A stretch of 40,220 nt of DNA from a virus (IMGVR_UViG_3300020440_000033:1-40220), one strand, 5' to 3'; shown: positions 7,622 through 17,129, counted from the stretch's first letter. Numbers and translations: made by a program. The notes: generated by a model from the sequence alone, not told the origin.

Positions 7622-7685
7622 TATTCAGTTTTCGAGGTGCTAACCGGTCGGCTTGGTGTGCCTCCCGGTTGAACATAGTGTAGCA
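7622..7685 (-). promoter_or_regulatory. extended -10 promoter, boxB-like hairpin and boxA-like antitermination element
   Basis: TGCTACACT (7685-7677); AACCGG..CCGGTT hairpin (7670-7642); GCACCTCGAAAACTGAATA (7640-7622). Confidence 0.6.
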
Positions 7686-7924
7686 AAGAAGTGGCCGTCT
7701 GGATCACCCAAACCGGGGGAAGTGTTCGGAAATATTATTGGCACAGGGAAGACTTAGGGAACCTACTGAATTACCACCAAAAATCACTAATGTACTACCC
7801 CTACATCTTACTGTGCTAGGGGGGAGGGGTCAAGTTTCTGCTGGCGCGTAAACCGGGGGCAAAAATAATACGGATACGCTATTTTTGTGCTAAGTGATAA
7901 AGTAAAGACAAAGCGCAGTCTGTA

Positions 7925-8455
7925 ATGGCGGAAGACACCGCTGGTAAGTTCGACAGTGGTTTCGACGACGAGGCCGAAAAGTTTGACAACCTAAAACCGA
8001 ACCGTGCTTTCGGTCCAAAAAGCACAAAGGAAGCACAGCAAGCCCGAATCCAGCGTCTTTACAAACGCCAACTCGAAGGTTTGCCCGTCCGGCAGCTCGT
8101 TATGGAGCACGCCACCAAGGAACAGATAGGGATGGCCACGGCCTGGCGCGACTGGAAAGGCGTCTACGCACTTCTTGCTGAGGATTTCGAGAAAGAGCGC
8201 ACCAAGATGGCAGGCCGCATCTTCATGCAGCGCCAGCGTCTCTTCCACGCAGCCATGAAACGCGGCCAAATGCAAACCGCCGCCAACGTCCTGGACTCCC
8301 TGGCACGTCAAGTCGGCTGCGACATGCCCGAACAGACCAATTCACTCCCCGAAATCCGCGTTACTGTCGAACCACCGACCGAATTACCTGGATCGGACGC
8401 TGCTCAGCTGCCCCAAGGCGAAGTTATCGACGTAAAAAGTGAGCAAAATGATTGA
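7925..8455 (+). CDS. putative terminase small subunit
   Basis: HTH-like IGMATAWRD plus helical region; directly upstream of and overlapping terL. Confidence 0.65.
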   Translation: MAEDTAGKFDSGFDDEAEKFDNLKPNRAFGPKSTKEAQQARIQRLYKRQLEGLPVRQLVMEHATKEQIGMATAWRDWKGVYALLAEDFEKERTKMAGRIFMQRQRLFHAAMKRGQMQTAANVLDSLARQVGCDMPEQTNSLPEIRVTVEPPTELPGSDAAQLPQGEVIDVKSEQND

Positions 8456-9689
8456 GATCAACCTAAAAAACGCCCAAGCGCAGGTTTTCCACAGTAAAAA
8501 GCGCTTCCGCGTCTTAGTAGCAGGCCGCCGCTTTGGAAAGTCCTATCTAGCCTGCATCGAACTCTTCACTAAGGCTCTAGCAAACCCTGGCGCGACCTTT
8601 TTTTACTGCGCCCCCACTTACCGAATGGCGAAAGACATCGCCTGGAAAGTGCTAAAAAAGATCATCCCACGAGAATACATCCGCAGCAAGAACGAAACCG
8701 ACCTAAAGCTTGAACTGATCAACGAATCCACGATCGAATTAAAGGGCACCGAGAACGCAATGGCGCTCCGAGGCCGCAGCCTTTCAGGCGTGGTACTAGA
8801 CGAAGCCGCCTTTATGGAAGCAGAAGTCTGGTTCGAGGTTATCCGCCCTGCACTAGCCGACAAACAGGGCTGGGCATTGTTCATCTCCACCCCCACTGGA
8901 ACGGCCTCTTGGTTTTATGACCTGTGGTGTTATTGCGAGGAAGACCCAAAGGCTGAATGGCAGAGGTGGTGCTTCACGACAATCCAAGGCGGCAACGTAC
9001 CGCCCGAGGAAGTTCAAGCTGCCCGCACCCAACTAGACGCTCGAACATTCCGCCAAGAGTTTGAGGCAAGTTTTGAAAATCTCGCCGGTCTCGTCGCGGT
9101 ATCTTTTAGCGACAGCAACATAAGTACCGACGCCAAAGACGTACCGATTCTTCCACTTTTACTAGGCGTGGATTTTAACGTGGACCCAATGTCCGGCGTC
9201 TGTGCCGTCAAAGCGGACGACACTCTCTATGTTTTCGACGAGATTACACTGACCGGCGGCGCAACCACCTGGGACTTTGCCGACGAAGTAATCAGCCGCT
9301 ATGGCGTGGACCGTCGAATCGTCGCCTGTCCAGACCCCACAGGAGGCGCTCGCAAAACCCAAGGTGTCGGCGCAACAGACCACAACATCCTGCGTAAATC
9401 GGGTTTTTCAGTGCAAACACCCCGCAGCCCCTGGAAAGTCCGCGACAAGATAACCGCCGTCAACACCGCCCTACTGGACGCCACCGAAACACGCCGCTGC
9501 TATATCCACCCCCGCTGCAAAGAGCTAATCAAGGCCCTACGAACCCTCACCTACGCCCCTGGAACGGGCCTTCCCAACAAAAATCTCGGGGTTGACCACG
9601 CCTTCGACGCATTCGGCTATTTAGTGCTACAACAGTTTAACCTAGTTAATTACGGTAAACTAGGAAAGACGAGTTATAGGTTGTACTAA
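8448..9689 (+). CDS. terL: terminase large subunit
   Basis: Walker A VAGRRFGKS, Walker B VVLDEAA, coupling motif ISTP, nuclease GVDFN and DHAFDAFGY. Confidence 0.95.
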   Translation: MIEINLKNAQAQVFHSKKRFRVLVAGRRFGKSYLACIELFTKALANPGATFFYCAPTYRMAKDIAWKVLKKIIPREYIRSKNETDLKLELINESTIELKGTENAMALRGRSLSGVVLDEAAFMEAEVWFEVIRPALADKQGWALFISTPTGTASWFYDLWCYCEEDPKAEWQRWCFTTIQGGNVPPEEVQAARTQLDARTFRQEFEASFENLAGLVAVSFSDSNISTDAKDVPILPLLLGVDFNVDPMSGVCAVKADDTLYVFDEITLTGGATTWDFADEVISRYGVDRRIVACPDPTGGARKTQGVGATDHNILRKSGFSVQTPRSPWKVRDKITAVNTALLDATETRRCYIHPRCKELIKALRTLTYAPGTGLPNKNLGVDHAFDAFGYLVLQQFNLVNYGKLGKTSYRLY

Positions 9690-9754
9690 TGCCCGGACAC
9701 TATGGCCAAGGCGGTAAGAAAAAACCCAAGTCCAAGGGCACAAAAAAGAAGTAA
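9689..9754 (+). CDS. 21-aa basic peptide MPGHYGQGGKKKPKSKGTKKK
   Basis: ATG overlaps the terL stop (TAATG); Lys-rich. Confidence 0.5.
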   Translation: MPGHYGQGGKKKPKSKGTKKK

Positions 9755-9779
9755 AATTGGACTAACCGCCGCTAAATCC

Positions 9780-9947
9780 ATGCCAAAACGCGGTCTTTAC
9801 GCGAATATCAACGCAAAGCGTAAGCGTATCGAGGCTGGATCGGGCGAAAAAATGCGTAAACCCGGTTCCAAGGGCGCACCAAGCGCAAAGGACTTCAAAG
9901 AGTCCGCCAAAACCGCCAAAAAGAAGCCCAAGCGAGGTAAGAAGTAA
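9780..9947 (+). CDS. small basic protein (GLYANINAKRKR family)
   Basis: MPKRGLYANINAKRKRIEAGSGEKMRKPGSKGAP; TAATG coupling to the next gene. Confidence 0.7.
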   Translation: MPKRGLYANINAKRKRIEAGSGEKMRKPGSKGAPSAKDFKESAKTAKKKPKRGKK

Positions 9948-10297
9948 TGGCCGCCGTAGCAATCACTGCCTTGGATCGATTCACCAACGTCACTGAAACA
10001 ACAGGCGCTGTAATGAGCAGTGTTGACGACTACCTAGAAGTCCCAGCCCACTCTTCCAGCTATTCTTTCGCCGCCAACGTAACCAGTTCCGCTAATTTTA
10101 CCCTTGCCTTGGAAGCAAACTTCAACGGCAACGGTAACTGGTTTACAGTCGATACCAGCAAAACAATAAATTCCGCTGGTCAGTATGTGTATTTCTACGA
10201 CGGCAAACCCGCAGCAAGAATCCGCATGAGGATAGCCGCCATTTCCTCTGGAACGGTCAGCCTAACCCCCCACATTGTTGTTGCATACCACGGCTAA
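9947..10297 (+). CDS. beta-rich hypothetical, possibly a virion protein
   Basis: 116 aa, translationally coupled on both sides. Confidence 0.65.
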   Translation: MAAVAITALDRFTNVTETTGAVMSSVDDYLEVPAHSSSYSFAANVTSSANFTLALEANFNGNGNWFTVDTSKTINSAGQYVYFYDGKPAARIRMRIAAISSGTVSLTPHIVVAYHG

Positions 10298-10479
10298 TGG
10301 GCACTCGTATTATCCCTGGTTTTTGCACGCACCTAGAAGTTGACGCCGAGTCACGCACAACCGGCGCAAGCTTTGCGTTCATGACACCCCAAGATCCCAT
10401 TGACTTTGGTGCGCTAATGACGCGCCTTGCCTCTGGCATAGAGGTAATGGTCGAAGTTGAGGACGAAGACGATGATTGA
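10297..10479 (+). CDS. small hypothetical protein
   Basis: 60 aa, TAATG coupling. Confidence 0.55.
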   Translation: MGTRIIPGFCTHLEVDAESRTTGASFAFMTPQDPIDFGALMTRLASGIEVMVEVEDEDDD

Positions 10480-10723
10480 ATACCGGGGCGAAAAATTTTC
10501 AGGCTACAACAAGCCAAAGCGCACCCCAAACCACCCAAACAAAAGCCACGCCGTTTTGGCAAAGGACGGTGACCAGGTAAAGCTGATCCGTTTCGGCCAA
10601 CAGGGCGTCCAAGGTAGCCCGGATGGAACGGCCCGCAACAAAGCATGGAAAGCGCGGCACGCGGCTAACATCAAAAAAGGCAAAATGTCCGCCGCTTACT
10701 GGGCAAACCGCGTCAAATGGTGA
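10472..10723 (+). CDS. small basic phage protein
   Basis: YNKPKRTP...KLIRFGQQG...SAAYWAN..KW motif typical of phage head-region proteins. Confidence 0.7.
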   Translation: MIEYRGEKFSGYNKPKRTPNHPNKSHAVLAKDGDQVKLIRFGQQGVQGSPDGTARNKAWKARHAANIKKGKMSAAYWANRVKW

Positions 10724-10728
10724 CCTGA

Positions 10729-12198
10729 ATGACTTACTCGGTTCCCGGTCAAATCCGCACCCATCTAGTCAGCTCCAGCACTGTTGCTGGTGCGGACAGC
10801 CCTTTTACGCGCACCCAAGCGGTGCTGGACATGATGAAGGGCTGGGAGATCATGAAAGCGGTAACGCTTGGGACTGAATACCTACGGGAAAACAGCGAAG
10901 CCTTTTTACCGATTGAACCCCGCGAGGACTACACCGCCTATCTTGCCCGAGTCAACCGCGCCGTATTCTCCCCCTTTACCCAGCGGCTGGTACGAGCCGC
11001 CGCCGGTCTCATATTGCGCAAGCCAATTAGCTTGGTTGGCGATCCTTACTGGACGGACGTATTCGCTAAGGACGTGGATGGCTGTGGATCAGACCTCGAC
11101 GAGTACGCCCGCCGCCTGCTTATCTGCTCTCTAACTTATGGCCAAGCGCACACGCTAGTTGATTTTCCTGCGCCCACAGAAGCCCGCAGTCTTGCCGAAG
11201 AGCGCGACCTAAACCGCCGCCCGTACTGGATTGAGGTTGACCCCGCCAACGTATATGGCTGGCGCCTGGACCGTGAAGTGAACTACGGCAAACTTATCCA
11301 GATCCGAATCAAAGAAAAGGCAGTCGTTCCCGACGGCGACTTTGGCGAAAAAGTTTACGATCAGATCCGTGTAATCGAACCGGGACGCTACCGCGTTTTC
11401 CGTCAAGTGGAATCGTCTAAGGCGATGTCAGGCGGCTTCCCTTATCCAAACGCTTTCGACGCCACCGACGCCACATCCGACTACGAATTAGTCGAATCCG
11501 GCGACTACAGCTTGGGCGAAATTCCCCTTGTGACCACATATTCGGGTAAAACGGACACACTGACCAGCAAGCCCCCGCTTCTGGACATTGCGTACCTAAA
11601 CCTGGCCCATTTCCAGCGCCAAGCCGACCTAATCCACAGCTTGCACATTGCCTCCCAGCCAATCTTGGTCATGGAAGGCTGGGACGACCAGACCAAGGAC
11701 ATGGCGGTCAGTGTTAATTACGCAATGGCCACCGCACCAGGTAACAAGATTTATTACGTCGAGCCAGCCGCCAGTGCATTCGAGGCGCAGTCCGCCGAAA
11801 TCAAAGAGCTACAGATGCAGATGGCGACTTTAGGTATCAGCACCTTGAGCCAGCAAAAGTTTGTAGCAGAGTCAGCCGACGCTCGCCGCTTGGACCGTGT
11901 TGACACAAACTCGATGCTTTCAATGGTGTCAATGGACGTTGAGCAGGCGTTGCAAAAGTCTTTCAACTTGGCCGCCAACTATGTAGGTATCGAGCCCCCC
12001 GAAGTTAGGCTGAGCCGCGACTTCGACATCGACCGTCTAATCGGCCAAGACATCACAGCGCTTACTGCGCTATTCGACCAAGGTGTACTGGGCCGTGATG
12101 AGTTCCGCCAGATTTTGGTACAGGGCGAAGTATTGTCAACGGCAACTGAATTGCCAATACCTCGCACTGAGGAACCCAGAAGTAATTCAGTAGAATAG
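10729..12198 (+). CDS. portal protein (DUF4055-like)
   Basis: 489 aa between terminase and scaffold; YLARVNRAVF, DVDGCG, PPLLDIAYLNLAHFQRQAD, QMATLG motifs. Confidence 0.88.
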   Translation: MTYSVPGQIRTHLVSSSTVAGADSPFTRTQAVLDMMKGWEIMKAVTLGTEYLRENSEAFLPIEPREDYTAYLARVNRAVFSPFTQRLVRAAAGLILRKPISLVGDPYWTDVFAKDVDGCGSDLDEYARRLLICSLTYGQAHTLVDFPAPTEARSLAEERDLNRRPYWIEVDPANVYGWRLDREVNYGKLIQIRIKEKAVVPDGDFGEKVYDQIRVIEPGRYRVFRQVESSKAMSGGFPYPNAFDATDATSDYELVESGDYSLGEIPLVTTYSGKTDTLTSKPPLLDIAYLNLAHFQRQADLIHSLHIASQPILVMEGWDDQTKDMAVSVNYAMATAPGNKIYYVEPAASAFEAQSAEIKELQMQMATLGISTLSQQKFVAESADARRLDRVDTNSMLSMVSMDVEQALQKSFNLAANYVGIEPPEVRLSRDFDIDRLIGQDITALTALFDQGVLGRDEFRQILVQGEVLSTATELPIPRTEEPRSNSVE

Positions 12199-12219
12199 AG
12201 CAGTCACTACAAAAAGCCA

Positions 12220-12387
12220 ATGGGCCAATCCTTAGAGAAGGTGCTCCAACCTGACGGTTCTCATAAATGGGAACTGGTCGAGTTGCGCGAGCCCCAACCG
12301 GAGCCTGCAGTGTGTAAGCCCACCCGTAAACGGAAGCCAGCAGCCGACTCTGCTAGCAAAACCCCGACCCCCGACTTCGACTTTTGA
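12220..12387 (+). CDS. 55-aa hypothetical (MGQSLEKVLQPDGSHKWELVEL...), absent from the ORF track
   Basis: ATG 12220 to TGA 12387, 2 nt before the scaffold ATG; TAGAAT upstream. Confidence 0.5.
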   Translation: MGQSLEKVLQPDGSHKWELVELREPQPEPAVCKPTRKRKPAADSASKTPTPDFDF

Positions 12388-12389
12388 CC

Positions 12390-13106
12390 ATGGAAGAGCA
12401 AGTAATCCAGGAAGCGCCCGTGGCGCAGCCTGAGCAGCCCGTGGCTGCAGAGACCAGTGCTCCAGATCCCATTGCCGCTGTCAAAGCGGAATATGAGGCG
12501 CAGCTTTCTGCACTGAAGACCCAAGCCACCGAAGCCGAGGAACGATTCCAAGGCATCAAGACCAAGCTTGATGAGGTCTACAAAAAGCAGGACGACCAGC
12601 GCAAAAAGACGCTGGAGGACCAAGGCCAGTGGAAAGACCTTTGGGAGGAAGCCAACAAGACCGTACAGGACAAGGACGGCCAAATCAGCGACCTCCAACG
12701 TCAGCTGGAAGACCTGAAAGTGTCCAACGAGCTTGCCTCTACCCGTACGAGTGCTTTGGCAGCCATCAGCCAAGCTGGTGCGATCAACGCGGAGCAAATG
12801 CTGTTGCTTCTGCAGAACAACCTGCACCGCAGTGACGACGGCAGCGTATCAATTTTGGACAAAGGTGTTAAACAGGACATTAACACCTATTTGAGTAATC
12901 TTAAGAACCCAGGATCAGGTTTTGAGCATCATTTTAAGCCCAGCAGTGCTGCGGGTATGGGTGCTAAGCCCACACCAAACTCTGCTGTTTCCCCTGGGAT
13001 GTCTAATCCTTGGAAGGAAGGTAGTATTAACATAACGAGGCAAATGCAGATCGACGCTCAGGATCCCGACCTTGCAGCAGTGCTGAAGCGGGAAGCGTCA
13101 CTGTAA
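12390..13106 (+). CDS. capsid scaffolding protein
   Basis: Acidic coiled-coil with GAKP and NPW C-terminal motifs; directly upstream of the major capsid gene. Confidence 0.8.
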   Translation: MEEQVIQEAPVAQPEQPVAAETSAPDPIAAVKAEYEAQLSALKTQATEAEERFQGIKTKLDEVYKKQDDQRKKTLEDQGQWKDLWEEANKTVQDKDGQISDLQRQLEDLKVSNELASTRTSALAAISQAGAINAEQMLLLLQNNLHRSDDGSVSILDKGVKQDINTYLSNLKNPGSGFEHHFKPSSAAGMGAKPTPNSAVSPGMSNPWKEGSINITRQMQIDAQDPDLAAVLKREASL

Positions 13107-13174
13107 GCCCCTGTGGGGCGGCCTCTACAAGTCTGTGGCTTGGATCCCGTCAACCCTGACTTTGGTTATCAACC

Positions 13175-14260
13175 ATGGCCGCCCCATTTCAGAATTATTC
13201 CGGCGGTGTCCTGCTCGCGGACATCGTAAAAAGGAATAACCTCAGCACCTACGTGTCTGAGGCGATCAAAGAGCGCTCTTTGTTTGTGAAGAGCGGCGCT
13301 GTTGTTCGCAACTCCCTGCTGGATGCCCGCGAAGGCGGCACCCGCATTCAGGTTCCTGAGTTCAACCCTGTGGCTCCTACTGAGGAGATCATGGACGGTA
13401 CTGCAACTTGGGGCACCAGCACTGCTGGCTACCTGACCCCTCAGAAGATCGGCACTGCAACCCAGATTGCGACCATCTGCCATCGCGGTTTCGCGTATGC
13501 CGTAGATGACGTGGCACTGCTGGCTGCTGGTGAAGATCCCATGCTTCACATCCGCAACCAACTGGCCGACGCCATCAACAAGCTGAACAGCGCCCGTCTG
13601 TTCTCCCAGCTGGCCGGTCTGTTTGGCACCGCACTGTCTTCCCACTCTCTGGACAAGGCAATTGCTGCAACCTCTGGTCAAGGCGAAGCCAACTACCTGA
13701 CTGCCGCCACTGTTGCTGAAGCCCGCTCTGTGCTGGGTGAGCGCGGTGACGAGCTGGACATTCTGGTTGTCCACCCTTCTGTTGGCTTCTACCTGTATCA
13801 GGTGGGTCTGCTGACCTTCTCCACTTCGGCACTGGCCGCTTCTGGCGCTGTGACCTGGGGTGGCGGTGGCGTCGGCGTAAATGCCCGCGCTATCGGCGAA
13901 TTTGCCGGTTGTCAGGTCATTATGGACCCTCAGGTCAACACTGTCCGCCCTGGCACTGCAACCCACGTCAGTGAGTTCCGCTGCTACCTGATGAAGGGTG
14001 GTTCAGTGATGGAAGGTGTGCAGCAGGATCTGCGTATCGAGGCCGACCGTAACGTGCTGTCTAAGCAGGACGTTCTGTCCGTTGACTACCACACCGCCTA
14101 CCACGTGATGGGCACCAAGTGGACCAACGCTGGTGACAACCCCACCAACGGCACGCTGGCTACCGCTGGCAACTGGAGCGCTACCTACGACATCGACCTG
14201 ATCCCTATGGTCGAGCTGATCGTGAACACTCCACTGGACACCTCTGCTATCCCTGCCTGA
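13175..14260 (+). CDS. major capsid protein
   Basis: 361 aa; SLFVKSG, GGTRIQVPEF, DPMLHIRNQLA and IEADRNVL motifs; strong codon bias; followed by a terminator. Confidence 0.9.
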   Translation: MAAPFQNYSGGVLLADIVKRNNLSTYVSEAIKERSLFVKSGAVVRNSLLDAREGGTRIQVPEFNPVAPTEEIMDGTATWGTSTAGYLTPQKIGTATQIATICHRGFAYAVDDVALLAAGEDPMLHIRNQLADAINKLNSARLFSQLAGLFGTALSSHSLDKAIAATSGQGEANYLTAATVAEARSVLGERGDELDILVVHPSVGFYLYQVGLLTFSTSALAASGAVTWGGGGVGVNARAIGEFAGCQVIMDPQVNTVRPGTATHVSEFRCYLMKGGSVMEGVQQDLRIEADRNVLSKQDVLSVDYHTAYHVMGTKWTNAGDNPTNGTLATAGNWSATYDIDLIPMVELIVNTPLDTSAIPA

Positions 14261-14288
14261 TACCATCAGTTTGGACTGCGAGACACCG

Positions 14289-14312
14289 GCCCCACTTCGG
14301 TGGGGCTTTTTT
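14289..14312 (+). terminator. intrinsic terminator after capsid gene
   Basis: GCCCCAC-TTCG-GTGGGGC-TTTTTT. Confidence 0.9.
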
Positions 14313-14349
14313 ATTGGCGTTAAACTGAAACAAAGCATCGCACATTGTC

Positions 14350-14880
14350 GTGGCAGCTGTAATTGACGCCACCTTGAAGGGAGCCTCCTCCAACAGCTAT
14401 GTAACGCTGGCCGAGGCAAACTCGTACTTTGAAACCGTCCCAAACAGCAGCACCTGGGACGACAAAACGGACGACCAAAAGAACCGCTCAATCATCAGCG
14501 CCACCCGTTGGATCGACGGCCTGAATTTTTACGGCGACCGCTGCAGCACAAGCCAAGCCCTTAGCTGGCCCCGCAATAACTACCACGTAGACCGCGTAGA
14601 GCTTCTATGCAGCGAGATCCCATCCGAGATCAAGTACGCAACATACGAGCTGGCCCGCGCCCTTGCAAACGACACCGACGCTGTAACCGGCAACACGGGC
14701 ACCACCGGCATCTACGAACAAGTCGAGCTGGGCGAGCTAAAGGTAAAATACAACACCGACAGCCAAGCCGTTGGAGCGATCAACAACATCTTTGATGTTT
14801 ATCCTTGGCTGCAGTCATACCTTGGCGCGTACACGATTGGCGGCTCTGGCGGCTACCAAGTGCGCGTTGTGAGGGGATGA
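14350..14880 (+). CDS. head-tail adaptor (DnaT-like annotated family)
   Basis: NSYVTLAEANSYF, QALSWPR and IPSEIKYATYELA motifs; position after the capsid gene. Confidence 0.8.
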   Translation: MAAVIDATLKGASSNSYVTLAEANSYFETVPNSSTWDDKTDDQKNRSIISATRWIDGLNFYGDRCSTSQALSWPRNNYHVDRVELLCSEIPSEIKYATYELARALANDTDAVTGNTGTTGIYEQVELGELKVKYNTDSQAVGAINNIFDVYPWLQSYLGAYTIGGSGGYQVRVVRG

Positions 14881-14881
14881 C

Positions 14882-15259
14882 ATGAGCTTAATTGACGATA
14901 CCTTTTCGCCAATCCCCAAGCGAATTATGGACGACTGGGGCCAGGACATCACTTACGTCAAAACCACTACACCCCGCACATACGACCCATCCAGTGGGTC
15001 TGTCAGTGGGGCGGACACAAACGTCACGGTGCGCGGCATTATCAGCCGCCTAACCCCACGCGAATCCGAGGGTTTATACCAAAGTACAGATGTAAAGATT
15101 CTTATCGGCACAGAGGAGCTAGGCGACTACTACCCAACTGAAGCCGACCGTGTGCAGTATCCACAGGCTGGAGCGACCCGCGAAGCCAAGATTATCAACG
15201 TCCTCACCTATCGTGGTGACAAGCCTGTCTACCACACCTTGATTGTGAGGCCACAGTAA
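14882..15259 (+). CDS. head closure / stopper protein
   Basis: Position; YDPSSG motif; beta-rich 125 aa. Confidence 0.65.
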   Translation: MSLIDDTFSPIPKRIMDDWGQDITYVKTTTPRTYDPSSGSVSGADTNVTVRGIISRLTPRESEGLYQSTDVKILIGTEELGDYYPTEADRVQYPQAGATREAKIINVLTYRGDKPVYHTLIVRPQ

Positions 15260-15864
15260 TGGCTAAGGATTTTCAAAAGTTTTTCTCAAAGGAACTTAAA
15301 AAGACGATTACTGAAAGTGCGCGTAGGGTGTGCGTAGAAGTGATGAACGACCTTGCTAAAAAAGGTCCGGCATATTCTGGCGAGTTTTCGTCTGCCTGGT
15401 ACGCCGTACCCCCCGGAACGGAACCCGGCGGACCTAGAAGCACTGGAAGAGTGTATAAGTACGATTTGAGAAATGTACCAAAATCGAAGTTTAAGTCTAA
15501 GGGCGCTTACTATGAGCTGGTGAATGGAGCTGAATACGCTCCTGTTGCCTTAGATCTTGAGGAGAGCATATTTATCGGCCAGTACGAGACCTATATTGAT
15601 GCAGACGGCAAAGAAAGACGAGGCGATAAGATACCTCCAGTTGGAAGAATTGTTGAAATAGGCAGCCGTCCTTCGGAACCGCACATTCGAGGTAACGTCG
15701 GCTCTGGAGGCGGTGATCCTACTGCAGTCAGTACAGCAGAGTTAGACTGGTACAACACATACACATCCGGTGGCGGCATGAAAATTGCCCTGGCACGCGG
15801 CGTTCAATTAGGCTTCCGCGAAGGACCGCTATCTGGACAATCCGGTCAAGGATTCAGCGAATGA
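15259..15864 (+). CDS. neck / tail completion protein (HK97 gp10-like)
   Basis: GPAYSGEFSSAW and NGAEYA motifs; synteny. Confidence 0.6.
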   Translation: MAKDFQKFFSKELKKTITESARRVCVEVMNDLAKKGPAYSGEFSSAWYAVPPGTEPGGPRSTGRVYKYDLRNVPKSKFKSKGAYYELVNGAEYAPVALDLEESIFIGQYETYIDADGKERRGDKIPPVGRIVEIGSRPSEPHIRGNVGSGGGDPTAVSTAELDWYNTYTSGGGMKIALARGVQLGFREGPLSGQSGQGFSE

Positions 15865-16292
15865 ACTACCAAGCAATCCGCGCCTCAATGGAATCACCGC
15901 TGCTGACAGCGTTCAACAGCTTGGTGCCTCCAGTCCCGGTGTATTTCGATAACATCACAGCCGTCCCACCCAACACCACTACCGAATACGTCCGGGTCAA
16001 CATCACCTTCGGTTTAACCAACGAACCAACGCTGACCTCAAGCGTCGATAATGCCCGTGGAGCGCTTGTCATACGTATTTTTACTGAAAAAGGCCGTGGC
16101 CCAGCTCGTAACCAAGAGTTAATCACAACGGCTGTCGGCGTCTTAGAGACAATTAACAACACCGCAAAAACTGATACGGGCGTTTATGTAAAAGTAGGAG
16201 AAATTAACGGCCCGACGTTCTCTGCGACTGAAGGAGCACCACATTTTGTGGGCCGAGTTGACACGGGGTATGTAGCAACGGTGCTAACCTAA
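15861..16292 (+). CDS. tail terminator protein
   Basis: PVYFDN and GALVIRIFTEKGRG motifs; just upstream of the tail tube gene. Confidence 0.7.
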   Translation: MNYQAIRASMESPLLTAFNSLVPPVPVYFDNITAVPPNTTTEYVRVNITFGLTNEPTLTSSVDNARGALVIRIFTEKGRGPARNQELITTAVGVLETINNTAKTDTGVYVKVGEINGPTFSATEGAPHFVGRVDTGYVATVLT

Positions 16293-16355
16293 ATAATCGC
16301 TAACCTGTAAGAAGCCGGGCAGTGCCCGCAGAGATCTCTACCATTGGTACGCCCC

Positions 16356-17129
16356 ATGGCCACCACCGTTCTGTCCGGCACTTCAGGTGCCCTCTACTAC
16401 AAGCCCGCTGGTACTACCGGCAGCTTTGGCGAATCCGACGTTACCGTCGCCAGCGATACCGTCACTGTCGCGCCCTACCTGAACTTCAAGGTCGGCGATC
16501 CCGTTGTATTCAGCGTGATCAACAGCCAAACCGGCGGTACAGGTTCCGGCACCCTGCCTGCAGGTATCAGCGCAGGCACCACCTACTACGTTATCAGCTA
16601 CACAGCGGCTACCGGCGTTCTGCAGGTTTCCGACAGTCTCGGTGGTTCGACCATCACCATCACCGACGATGGTACTGCTGCCGCTCCTAACGAGTTCCAA
16701 GTTGCCTACGCGACGTTTGCTGCTGTGGGCCAAGTCCGCGACTGGAGCTTCGAGATCAGCCGCGCTGAAATCGACGTTACGACCATTGGCCAAACCCCCG
16801 GCCAGTATGTGCCGTTCCGCAACTACATCTCTGGTTTTGGCGATGGAACCGGCACTGCAACGGTCTACATGACCAATGAGGACGCCGCGCTTTCCAACCG
16901 CATGATCGAGGACGTTCTTCAGCGTCAACAAACCGGAGCCGCCTTCAAGCTTTACACCGACCGGGTGTTTAGCGGCGGAACCCTGAGCGAGACCCTGAGC
17001 CGTTCCATTGAATTTGATGCAGTGCTGACTTCTGCCAGCCTGAACATCAATCCCGATGACGCCCAGTCTGTCACCGTTAATTTCCGCCCTGCTGGAACGC
17101 CTTCTTTAGACTTCAGCACTACTGCTTGA
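16356..17129 (+). CDS. major tail (tube) protein with inserted beta domain
   Basis: VGQVRDWSFEISRAEIDVTTIG tube motif; followed by a terminator and the chaperones. Confidence 0.85.
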   Translation: MATTVLSGTSGALYYKPAGTTGSFGESDVTVASDTVTVAPYLNFKVGDPVVFSVINSQTGGTGSGTLPAGISAGTTYYVISYTAATGVLQVSDSLGGSTITITDDGTAAAPNEFQVAYATFAAVGQVRDWSFEISRAEIDVTTIGQTPGQYVPFRNYISGFGDGTGTATVYMTNEDAALSNRMIEDVLQRQQTGAAFKLYTDRVFSGGTLSETLSRSIEFDAVLTSASLNINPDDAQSVTVNFRPAGTPSLDFSTTA

